A program made the translations under genes and the position numbers. A DNA stretch of 64,000 nucleotides, taken from sequence record DRR723986_1312. One strand, given 5' to 3'. Position 1 is the stretch's first letter. Every line of letters starts with the position of its first letter. This document shows, piece by piece, positions 27,816 to 36,454 of this stretch. Under the pieces are notes generated by a model. That model saw nothing but the letters and a program-made list of their open reading frames with translations, searched no databases and was not told the origin of the DNA.

Positions 27816-29081
27816 ATGAAATTTCGAAGAATCATTTTTCTCTTTGTGGTTGTCATGACTACAACTTTAACAGGTTTTGCCCAAGAAGAAACTGCCACGA
27901 AGGCCTTTCCTTTTCTTTTACCTAAAGAAAAACCCGACTTCCCTTTGAGTAAGGCAATGGAAAGGAATTACGATGCATATCCAGCAGCACGGCCTGAGGA
28001 GAACGAGCTTTATACTCAGTTCAAGTATACTGAACTGAAGGGCTTTGACTACAATGGACATGATGGCACCATCTCTAGACGCGACCCTTCCAAAGTGATT
28101 TTTGTTAACGGCAAATATTACGTCTGGTATACTTATAGAAACACTCCTGTATCTCCCCAAGGTCCAGAAAAATCAAACGATACCATTCCTTCATCAGATT
28201 GGGATCTTTCAGAGATTTGGTATGCTACGAGTAAGGATGGCATTCAATGGGAAGAGCAAGGAGTGGCGGTTCCAAGGCCACCAAAGCCACAGATAGGTTG
28301 GAGGTCGGTGACTACTACTGATATTTTGCTATGGGAAGGGAAGTATTATTTATACTATCAGGGGTTTATGGAAGCTAGTGGCAAAAGAGGAGATGATTGT
28401 CCGGTGGCAGTTTCATATGCAGATTCTCCAGATGGACCCTGGACAGCTTATAATGAAATAGTCATTCCCAATGGAGATGAAGGGGACTGGGATCAATATT
28501 CTATTCATGATCCTCAACCCATTGTCCACAACGGCAAGATCTATTTGTATTACAAATCTGATTTTGATGGAGATCCAAATTTAGTTCGGATGCAAGGATT
28601 AGCTATTGCTGAGCATCCATTGGGGCCATTTAAGAAACATCCCTTGAATCCCGTGATTAATTCAGGGCACGAGACTACTTTGTTTCCCTTCAAGGAAGGA
28701 ATAGCAGCGCTCGTGATCAAAGATGGGAATGAACACTTCACTATTCAATATGCAGAAGATGGAGTTAATTTTGATATTGCCGCTATCACTAACCTTATGC
28801 CCACTGCCGCCGGGCCTTATATGCCTGATGCTTTTACTAATACCTCCTATGGAAAAGGAATTACCTGGGGGATCTCACATATCACCAATGCGACAAACTG
28901 GGAGCAAAATCACGCTATTTTACTGAGGTTTGATTGTGATCTTAGCTTAGATATTCATGATCCAGAAATGAAAAAACATAATTACTATTATAAACCAGAA
29001 TTCTATTACCAACATGGATTAAGCAAGAAGCAGATGCAGAGAATACAAGAAGAAAATGAGACCCTTATAAAGGGTAATTAG
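27816..29081 (+). CDS. Second, divergent GH117-family glycoside hydrolase
   Basis: Signal peptide; SKAMER, RRDPS, IHDP and NSGHE motifs. Confidence 0.85.
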   Translation: MKFRRIIFLFVVVMTTTLTGFAQEETATKAFPFLLPKEKPDFPLSKAMERNYDAYPAARPEENELYTQFKYTELKGFDYNGHDGTISRRDPSKVIFVNGKYYVWYTYRNTPVSPQGPEKSNDTIPSSDWDLSEIWYATSKDGIQWEEQGVAVPRPPKPQIGWRSVTTTDILLWEGKYYLYYQGFMEASGKRGDDCPVAVSYADSPDGPWTAYNEIVIPNGDEGDWDQYSIHDPQPIVHNGKIYLYYKSDFDGDPNLVRMQGLAIAEHPLGPFKKHPLNPVINSGHETTLFPFKEGIAALVIKDGNEHFTIQYAEDGVNFDIAAITNLMPTAAGPYMPDAFTNTSYGKGITWGISHITNATNWEQNHAILLRFDCDLSLDIHDPEMKKHNYYYKPEFYYQHGLSKKQMQRIQEENETLIKGN

Positions 29082-29128
29082 TTCTTACTATTATCGTCGT
29101 TTCCCTTTTTGGGTTTAGCTTTCGTTAT

Positions 29129-29854
29129 TTATTCCAAACCTTTTTTGGCGGGATTCCAAAAAGGTTTGGTTTTGATAAATTTGGTTTCCCAGTTCAATTC
29201 ATTCCTGAAAAACTGGTTAAGTGCTACACAAACTCTGCTATCTCCAGCTATGTAAACGATCTTTTTGCCTGTCATGTCTGCTAACAGTTCTTTTGCCTTA
29301 TGAATAAGCTCTTGAGAAGGATTATGTGGTAGACTGTAAAAATCAAATGGAGCTTGGCCGTCAATGTCAGAGAACAGATCATCTGTGTCCGAACTGTAAA
29401 TGATACCTTTCACTTTCTTATTTGGGAGGTTACGATTGATCATATAAAGATGTGACAGGGCACTCAGGTCACCGATCATCAAGTAGCTATCCGCGGAGTC
29501 ATCGACTAAGAAATTGCCTTTCTTCCATTTGAAATAAATTTCGTCACCAATGGTGCAGTCTTCAGCCCATTTTGATCCTATTCCATCACTATGTGTAGCA
29601 ACAGCCAAATCAATGATATCTTGTGACGTATCAATATTCCAAACGCTATAACTTCTTACTTTATCTTTTCCAGAAGTGCCTTCCTTATCCAGTCCTACTG
29701 CTAAGCGGATAAAATGCCCAGGGACGAAATCAGCTTCCGAAATTCCTTTGCTTTCCAGACGGATAAGAAAAGCCGAATCTGAAAGTCTTCTTTTTTCTAC
29801 AATAGTCGCCTTTTGCAGCACGACCTTTTTCAAAATACTATCAATTATTCCCAT
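29129..29854 (-). CDS. FAD-binding oxidoreductase, siderophore-interacting-protein-like
   Basis: RSYS FAD motif, GIGSKWA, IGDLSAL and terminal KPFW. Confidence 0.75.
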   Translation of the reverse strand: MGIIDSILKKVVLQKATIVEKRRLSDSAFLIRLESKGISEADFVPGHFIRLAVGLDKEGTSGKDKVRSYSVWNIDTSQDIIDLAVATHSDGIGSKWAEDCTIGDEIYFKWKKGNFLVDDSADSYLMIGDLSALSHLYMINRNLPNKKVKGIIYSSDTDDLFSDIDGQAPFDFYSLPHNPSQELIHKAKELLADMTGKKIVYIAGDSRVCVALNQFFRNELNWETKFIKTKPFWNPAKKGLE

Positions 29855-29880
29855 AATGTATTATAGCTCAGAAGTCAAAT

Positions 29881-30735
29881 CTATCGGGATTGATTTTTAA
29901 AGGAACTTATCATCTCGATGGTGGATAGGTGTGGTCTTCCCGCTACCTTTTCAAAATCCGTCGCGACATCATTTGCTCCTTTTCTAATCCCTTCATAAAT
30001 CCCTGCAATTATTGTCCCCATGAAATCGCCAAGTGCTGCCTTTCTGTTATTCTCGTACGTTTCTACACCGATAGGTACATACTTTAGACTAGTGTTGTAT
30101 ACTTGATTGATTCCCTCTGCTAATTCAGATTGTGTAATTGGGCTGCCTGCAAGATTGTACACCTGTCCGTTAAGATTTTCATTCAAAAGCATTTGAGTAT
30201 AAGCATAAGCCAATTCACTTCTGCTGGTATAAGCACATTTCCCATCCCCGGCACAATTACTGATTTCACCAGCTTTGATATAGTTATCCAGATATTCTAA
30301 ATCCGGTTCAATATAGATTCCATTTCTTCCGATTACCCAAACTAATCCGGATTCTTGTACATCGATTTCTGTTTGACGGTTACTTTTTACTACTGGGCTA
30401 AAGGAAGTGTTTTCTTCTGCACCAATTATGCTCGTATAGACAATCTTCTTTACACCGTTTAGTTTCGCAGCATTTATTACATTTCTATGCTGTTGAATCC
30501 TTTCACGGGGATCATCCATGCCGGAGATTAATACCAAAGCCTCAACTCCTTCAAGGGAATTTTTTAGTGAATCAGGGTCGCTGTAATCACCCTCGCGTAT
30601 TTCTACTCCTAAGTGTTGGGCTTTTTCTGGAGTTCTGGCTAAGCCTATCACGTTTTGGCTTCCGATTGCTATCGTGAGCTCCTGTATTATGGAAGTTCCC
30701 AGCTTTCCACTGGCTGCTGTTACTGCGATTTTCAT
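29881..30735 (-). CDS. Atypical SDR / NAD(P)H-binding oxidoreductase (QorB/NmrA-like)
   Basis: TAASGKLG, GDY, IVYTS and RNGIY motifs. Confidence 0.85.
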   Translation of the reverse strand: MKIAVTAASGKLGTSIIQELTIAIGSQNVIGLARTPEKAQHLGVEIREGDYSDPDSLKNSLEGVEALVLISGMDDPRERIQQHRNVINAAKLNGVKKIVYTSIIGAEENTSFSPVVKSNRQTEIDVQESGLVWVIGRNGIYIEPDLEYLDNYIKAGEISNCAGDGKCAYTSRSELAYAYTQMLLNENLNGQVYNLAGSPITQSELAEGINQVYNTSLKYVPIGVETYENNRKAALGDFMGTIIAGIYEGIRKGANDVATDFEKVAGRPHLSTIEMISSFKNQSR

Positions 30736-30878
30736 AGGTTTTTCTTAATAGGCTTACACTATCGTTAACTGAAAAGCAACTCTCGTTCACATTGAATTTC
30801 ATACCATACAAAGCTAGAGTAAAACCGGTCCCTAGAGCAAGGTGAATCAGTTACAGAAAATGGTAAATATGAAACCAT

Positions 30879-31745
30879 CTACAGTTTTAGGGTTGATTTA
30901 AAGTCTTTTGGGCTCTGGTTAGTATGCTTTTTAAAGAACTTCGTAAAATTAGTTACTTCATCAAAACCTACTTCAAATGCAATTTCTTTCAAACTTTTAT
31001 CGGTGCTAAGGATTGCTCGTTTTATCTCCAAAAGAACATAATGATCGATAAAAGCTTTGGCTGTAGCTCGAGTGAAATTCTTGACAATAGTGTTCAGATG
31101 CTTGGGGGAGACTGAAAGCTTTGCGGCATAATCTTTCACATTTCGAGTAGTTTTGAAATCTTCCTCAACCAAGTTTTTAAACTGAAAGAATAATAAATAT
31201 TGATTCGTTTTGGTAGTGGAAATTGGATTTTGGGAAACACGCTCTAGCTTAAGTAAAAATAATTCCAGAATCTTGGCTAGAATATTCTGTTGCACATGCC
31301 CGTTTTCATAGGCCTGTTCTCCAGTTACCTCCTCAATAAAAGACTCACTAAATGAAATATTTTCCACAAGGGGATCAGAAAGGTGGTAATTGTAAAGATG
31401 GGAAATGGATTCTATGGAAGGTTTTGAAAAGTAAGTCAGAATAAACTCCTCTTTAAAAATGACTAAAAAGCCTGAATAGCTGGCGTTTTCTTGAAAAGCA
31501 TGTACCTGACCTTTCGCTATTTTTAATACCGAGCCTTTTTTTAAAGCGAAATTTTTCAAATCTACCTGGTGGGTTCCGGTTCCCTCGGTGACTATAAGCA
31601 AAGCGAAAAAGTTGATTTGATGTGGCTTTCTGGGATTATGATTTAATTCTTTTTCGTTCTTAGAATAGACTTCAGATGCTTTAAGCAAATCAAAGCTCAG
31701 AGAATTGGCATTGCCTCGGAATGTAATATTGGGTATGTCAAACAA
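30879..31745 (-). CDS. AraC family transcriptional regulator
   Basis: PH..FF cupin start and LKEIAFEVGFDEVTNFTKFFKK HTH; TTG start uncertain. Confidence 0.9.
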   Translation of the reverse strand: MFDIPNITFRGNANSLSFDLLKASEVYSKNEKELNHNPRKPHQINFFALLIVTEGTGTHQVDLKNFALKKGSVLKIAKGQVHAFQENASYSGFLVIFKEEFILTYFSKPSIESISHLYNYHLSDPLVENISFSESFIEEVTGEQAYENGHVQQNILAKILELFLLKLERVSQNPISTTKTNQYLLFFQFKNLVEEDFKTTRNVKDYAAKLSVSPKHLNTIVKNFTRATAKAFIDHYVLLEIKRAILSTDKSLKEIAFEVGFDEVTNFTKFFKKHTNQSPKDFKSTLKL

Positions 31746-32043
31746 GGAATTAGTGATTCGACGGTTTCAGTGAAATTCTCAAAATTTAATTGATTCTGTA
31801 CAAACATTAGAAACAATGTGGGGATTATGGATGGCTTGGGAATAAAATCTCAGATGGCTTTACCTTCATGACGTACGAATATTTCGGTCTGAGAGCGTTT
31901 TTCGGTGGAAATTCTTTTCGATAAGAACAACTAAAGACCGTTTGTGAGAAGTTGGTTTAAGAGCAAGGAAGTTTAAAAAAAGAAGCTTTGCCGATTTACA
32001 GATTAAAGCTAAATCAAAACCGATTAGCCACTGATCAAGAAAA

Positions 32044-32085
32044 ACAAAACCCTAACTATCAATATTTCAGATAGTTAGGGTTTGT
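32044..32085 (-). terminator. Inverted repeat directly 3' of tRNA-Ser (terminator or att-associated)
   Basis: AAACCCTAACTATC-N9-GATAGTTAGGGTTT, with a T-rich tail on the minus strand. Confidence 0.7.
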
Positions 32086-32087
32086 AG

Positions 32088-32179
32088 TGGTAGAGAGTGG
32101 GGGATTCGAACCCCCGGTACGCTTTGACACGTACGACAGTTTAGCAAACTGCTGGTTTAAGCCACTCACCCAACTCTCT
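32088..32179 (-). tRNA. tRNA-Ser(GCT)
   Basis: Acceptor AGAGAGT/ACTCTCT, anticodon arm GCAGT-TT-GCT-AA-ACTGT, long variable arm GTACG/CGTAC, T-arm GGGGG-TTCGAAT-CCCCC, encoded CCA. Confidence 0.97.
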
Positions 32180-32283
32180 AGATAATTATACTTGGCTTTG
32201 TTTTCGATTTACAAATTCATCCGTTCAATGAAATTTTGGAACTTTGGTTGATTTCTCTCCCAGCTCCATCATGTAAAGCGATG

Positions 32284-32316
32284 CAAATATAAGCCAATTG
32301 ATCACACTTTAACAAA
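32284..32316 (-). promoter_or_regulatory. Bacteroidetes sigma-A promoter for tRNA-Ser
   Basis: Minus strand TTTG-N21-TATATTTG, matching the -33/-7 consensus. Confidence 0.75.
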
Positions 32317-32472
32317 TCATTAATGGATAGGATTTCTAGGATCAGGTCTTTTTGTCTAATGATCTGAAAATCAAATAAAATAATTTAGCATCTTGCTAGT
32401 CGAAATATGAAAAATACCCTGTATAGGGTATAGATTTAATATATTCCAAAGCTAAATTTGTATATCATTAAC

Positions 32473-32736
32473 ATGCCAACTATGATAATCCAAACGACTT
32501 CAGCGAATTTTATGATTGAGAAAAGTGAAAAGAAAGATGGATGTGTATCTATTCGTTCAAATTCTCAAGATGAATTAAATCGATTTTTTGGGTCCCTAGA
32601 AATTATTGTAACGGAGGACCTGTATTATGCATATGAAGTTCTTTCCTGTAAACAAGAATTCGCAAATGCCATGATTCTAATGGTGAAGGAGATTGATTAT
32701 TCTGAATTTGCGGAGTTCAGTCTTCAAACAGCTTAG
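32473..32736 (+). CDS. Small acidic hypothetical protein
   Basis: Open ORF; the TAAATTTG -7 element at 32453-32460 overlaps the ORF-track TTG, so ATG 32473 or 32482 is preferred. Confidence 0.65.
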   Translation: MPTMIIQTTSANFMIEKSEKKDGCVSIRSNSQDELNRFFGSLEIIVTEDLYYAYEVLSCKQEFANAMILMVKEIDYSEFAEFSLQTA

Positions 32737-32779
32737 AGCTATTTTTTGATTCAATAATAATTAAGGAGCACGGACATCC

Positions 32780-33991
32780 TTAAGCTATCCAAAGTAAACT
32801 ACTGTCCCCATAGCTCAGGAATCTGTAGTCACTAGCCAAAGCTTCTGCATATACTCGCTTCCAATCTTCACCAAGTATCGTGGCGATCAGCAGTATCAAT
32901 GTTGATCCAGGTTGATGGAAATTGGTAATCAATCCTTTGACTACTTTGAATTCATATCCTGGGAAAATAAAAATCTCTGTAGTCCCCATGATTGTTTGAA
33001 GATCATGTTCTTTCATATAATTAAGAATGGCTTCGTAGGATTTTTGAGCAGAAGGCAAACTTTCTCTCACCTCATAAGGAAATAGTTTCTCGATTTTCAA
33101 TTCCTTTCCTTTCCCCTCAAGCAACTTTACACCGTACCAATAAAGGCTTTCCAAGGTTCGGACAGAAGTAGTTCCTACAGTAACCACATTCCCAAGATGG
33201 GAAATAATTTTTTCTATCGTTTCCCGATTGACATGAATCTGTTCACTATGCATCGGATGATCAGTGACTTGGCTGGCTTTAATTGGTTGGAATGTACCCG
33301 CGCTAACATGAAGTGTTACTTGGGTTTCATCGATTCCCTTCATTCGAAGCTTTTCAAAAAGCTCACTGGTAAAATGTAACCCTGCCGTTGGAGCAGCAAC
33401 AGCTCCTTCTTTGTTAGAGTAAACAGTTTGATACCTCGATTTATCTTCTTCGACTGGCTTTCGGTTTAAATAGGGTGGAAGAGGAACTTCACCACTTGCT
33501 TGTACAACATCTACAAATGCCACATCAGGATTGTTCCAATCAAACTCCACCTGTTTGGATTCACGGTCGATTAATTTAGCCTGAAGTGTTATGGTAGTCC
33601 CATTAAATTGAAGCTGGCCTTTCAAGATTTCCCCGTCTTTCCATTTCTTTGAGTTTCCAATCATGGTTTCCCAAGTAACTGGATGCTTTGCCAGCATGAT
33701 CTCAGGGATGACGGTCGTAGGGGAAATAGGCTGAAGTAGAAAGATTTCAATTCTCGCTCCTGTTTCCCGCTGAAAAATCAACCGTGCAGGAATGACTTTG
33801 GTGTCATTATAAACAAGGAGTGTTTCTGCAGGAAGTAGCTCAGGGAGATCGCTAAAATTTAAGTGGGAAATCTGCCCATCTTTGAAATGAAGCAGTTTCG
33901 AAGAGTCTCTCTTTGCTAAAGGGAATTTTGCGATCTTCTCCTCTGGTAATGTATATTCGTAAGCTTTTAAATCAATTGCTGGGATGTGCAT
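32780..33991 (-). CDS. queA: S-adenosylmethionine:tRNA ribosyltransferase-isomerase
   Basis: NDTKVIPARL, PLPPY, YQTVY, GAVAAPTAGLHF, TLHV, TNFH and YRFLSYGD motifs. Confidence 0.96.
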   Translation of the reverse strand: MHIPAIDLKAYEYTLPEEKIAKFPLAKRDSSKLLHFKDGQISHLNFSDLPELLPAETLLVYNDTKVIPARLIFQRETGARIEIFLLQPISPTTVIPEIMLAKHPVTWETMIGNSKKWKDGEILKGQLQFNGTTITLQAKLIDRESKQVEFDWNNPDVAFVDVVQASGEVPLPPYLNRKPVEEDKSRYQTVYSNKEGAVAAPTAGLHFTSELFEKLRMKGIDETQVTLHVSAGTFQPIKASQVTDHPMHSEQIHVNRETIEKIISHLGNVVTVGTTSVRTLESLYWYGVKLLEGKGKELKIEKLFPYEVRESLPSAQKSYEAILNYMKEHDLQTIMGTTEIFIFPGYEFKVVKGLITNFHQPGSTLILLIATILGEDWKRVYAEALASDYRFLSYGDSSLLWIA

Positions 33992-34011
33992 AATAGATGT
34001 AATTCTGCTTG

Positions 34012-34019
34012 CAAATATA
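34012..34019 (-). promoter_or_regulatory. -7 element upstream of queA
   Basis: TATATTTG on the minus strand, 20 bp before the start codon. Confidence 0.6.
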
Positions 34020-34061
34020 ACCTAACACAATTCAAGTATCTTCCTTATCCTTTCCAAATCC

Positions 34062-35144
34062 ATGACTGACTCTGCCAAAATTACCTTTGAATACCTGAAA
34101 AGAACTCTTGTTTTTAAATTCGATGCAGGAACGTCAAGAGGTGTATTGAAGAAAAAGGACGTGTTTTGGATAAAAGCCTTTTATCCAGATCAGCCAGAGA
34201 TTGCTGGCTGGGGGGAAGCTGCGCCCCTCGTGAAATTAAGTCTGGATGACCGTCCGGATTTTGAGAATATATTACAGCAAACTCTTGAGCAGATGGCAAC
34301 TATCGCATGGAGTCAAAATGAAAATGAAGTGCTCAGCCAAGTTGGACAATTAATTCCTGTCTATTTACCCAGCATAAAATTCGGTTTAGAAACAGCAATT
34401 CTCGATCTTATCAATGGAGGAAAAAAGAAGATCCTAGGTCAGGATTTTTTTGAAGGAAATAGAACTATTTCAATCAATGGATTGATATGGATGGGAGAAA
34501 AAGATTTTATGCTTGATCAAATCAATGAAAAGTTTGAGCAAGGTTTTGATTGCATCAAAATGAAAATTGGAGCCATTGATTTTCAGCAGGAATTGGAGCT
34601 TCTTTCTTATATCAGAGAACGATATTCAAAAGATCAAATCACACTTCGGGTAGATGCAAATGGCGCTTTTTCGCCTGAGGAGGCTTTAGCTAAAATAAAT
34701 GAATTAGCAGAGTTTGATCTGCACAGCATAGAGCAACCTATAGCAGCGGGGAATTGGGGGGCAATGAGTAAGCTTTGCGAAGCTACTCCATTACCAATCG
34801 CACTGGATGAGGAATTGATTGGTGTGGAAAATAAAGGTGAATTATTAGACGCAATTCGGCCTCAGCATATTATTCTAAAGCCAACCTTGCTAGGAGGGAT
34901 CTTAGAAACCAAAGAATGGATAGCGCTTGCTGAAGAGCGTAACATTGGCTGGTGGATGACTTCTGCCTTGGAAAGCAATATTGGTTTAAATGCTATCGCA
35001 CAACTTGCTGATAGTTTGGGAGCTTCGATTCCACAAGGTCTGGGCACAGGAAAATTGTATCAAAATAACCTGAAATCTCCACTCGAAATCGATCAAGGCC
35101 ACATTCGCTACAATTCCCAGATTGTTTGGGAGCAACCTTCTTAG
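34062..35144 (+). CDS. menC: o-Succinylbenzoate synthase (enolase superfamily)
   Basis: GTSRG, KMKIG, DANG, EQP, LDEE, LKP, SALES and GLGTG motifs. Confidence 0.85.
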   Translation: MTDSAKITFEYLKRTLVFKFDAGTSRGVLKKKDVFWIKAFYPDQPEIAGWGEAAPLVKLSLDDRPDFENILQQTLEQMATIAWSQNENEVLSQVGQLIPVYLPSIKFGLETAILDLINGGKKKILGQDFFEGNRTISINGLIWMGEKDFMLDQINEKFEQGFDCIKMKIGAIDFQQELELLSYIRERYSKDQITLRVDANGAFSPEEALAKINELAEFDLHSIEQPIAAGNWGAMSKLCEATPLPIALDEELIGVENKGELLDAIRPQHIILKPTLLGGILETKEWIALAEERNIGWWMTSALESNIGLNAIAQLADSLGASIPQGLGTGKLYQNNLKSPLEIDQGHIRYNSQIVWEQPS

Positions 35145-36280
35145 TCCCCTAGTCTAAATAGGTATACGGGGCTATGTACACTTACTTTCCAATCCGTTTG
35201 TGTCAGCATTCCTGTTTCCTCGTCTCTTTCAAAAACAACAATATCATCACTTGCCTGATGTGCTGCAAGCAGGTATTTGCCATCAGATGTTAGATTGAAG
35301 TTTCTAGGCATGATACCTCCTGATGAAATCTGCTGCGTGAATTCGTATTCACCAGAAACTTTCTTACTGATCACTGAGATCGTATTTGCATCGCCTCTAT
35401 TTGAGACGTAGATGTGTTTTCCGTCTGGAGAAAGTCGAACTTCCGCAGCTCCGACAGCACCTTCAAATCCTTCAGAAAGTAACGATATTCTTTGCTTCTG
35501 GCTGATTTTCCCCGAGTCAAAGCGTAAGATTTCCAAGGCAGCGGTCATCTCCTGTACAAGCATGATCTCTTTTCCATCTGCAGAAAAAACTAAGTGTCTC
35601 GGCCCGTCTCCTGGAGTTACTTTATAGGCATTGTTTAGCGTCAGAGGCTCAGGAGAATTTGCATCAAAATTATAAACATATACCTCATCAGTTCCTAAGT
35701 CTGCCACAAGTAAGTATTTGCCATCCGGACTAAACACGGTGCTGTGTACATGTGGCGCGCTTTGTCTACCTTTATTAACACTGCTTCCTTCATGTTGAAT
35801 GGACTGTAGATGGCTTAAATCACCTTTTTCATCAACTTTATATACGCTAAAATTTCCGCCGCTGTAGTTGGCGGCAGTCAGGAATTTTTCATTTGGAGAA
35901 AGAGCCAAATAACACGGGTGATCTCCAAAGCTCGGTAATTCACTTATTTTCGTAAGTGTTGGCTTGTCAGTGCTACGATTCAGGCTAATAATATTTCCGC
36001 CTGGAACATTGTCTATTTCCTCTAAAGTAAAGATCTTGTCTCCGGCTGAGTTTGCCACAACAAATGAAGGTCCTTGGATTCCTGGAAAAATCGTTCTGAT
36101 TTCTAATTTGTTTTCCGAAGGAGTAAAATCGAGTTGATTGAGTCCCTGACTAGCATCGTCAGTATAGGTGCCTACCAGAAAGGAGTACGTCATAGGTGTT
36201 TCTATTATTTCAGTTGATTTTTCCGTATTACAGGAGAAAGAGATGGCGAGTATGACTGCCGCTAAAAGTGATCGTTGCAT
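35141..36280 (-). CDS. Lactonase family beta-propeller (6-phosphogluconolactonase-like), lipoprotein
   Basis: VGTYT, ANY, PHVH, DLGTD, GPRH, SNRG and PRNF motifs; lipobox SFSC. Confidence 0.9.
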   Translation of the reverse strand: MQRSLLAAVILAISFSCNTEKSTEIIETPMTYSFLVGTYTDDASQGLNQLDFTPSENKLEIRTIFPGIQGPSFVVANSAGDKIFTLEEIDNVPGGNIISLNRSTDKPTLTKISELPSFGDHPCYLALSPNEKFLTAANYSGGNFSVYKVDEKGDLSHLQSIQHEGSSVNKGRQSAPHVHSTVFSPDGKYLLVADLGTDEVYVYNFDANSPEPLTLNNAYKVTPGDGPRHLVFSADGKEIMLVQEMTAALEILRFDSGKISQKQRISLLSEGFEGAVGAAEVRLSPDGKHIYVSNRGDANTISVISKKVSGEYEFTQQISSGGIMPRNFNLTSDGKYLLAAHQASDDIVVFERDEETGMLTQTDWKVSVHSPVYLFRLGD

Positions 36281-36454
36281 AACCGAAAGATATTGAATTA
36301 TATGAAATGATGGTTTTGTGTTTTTGTCGGAAAATTGAGCTTTTGATTGCTAAAAAGTAAGAGAATGAGATTATTTGTTAATGAAAACACAATAGTTATT
36401 TCAGTTTTTAGAATTTTTACTAATTTGCTTAACCATTAAAACGGAAGATGAATA

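Noticed and set aside
31746-32043. Possible integrase remnant next to tRNA-Ser
   Set aside because: No ORF of 60 aa or more and no recognisable tyrosine/serine recombinase motif.
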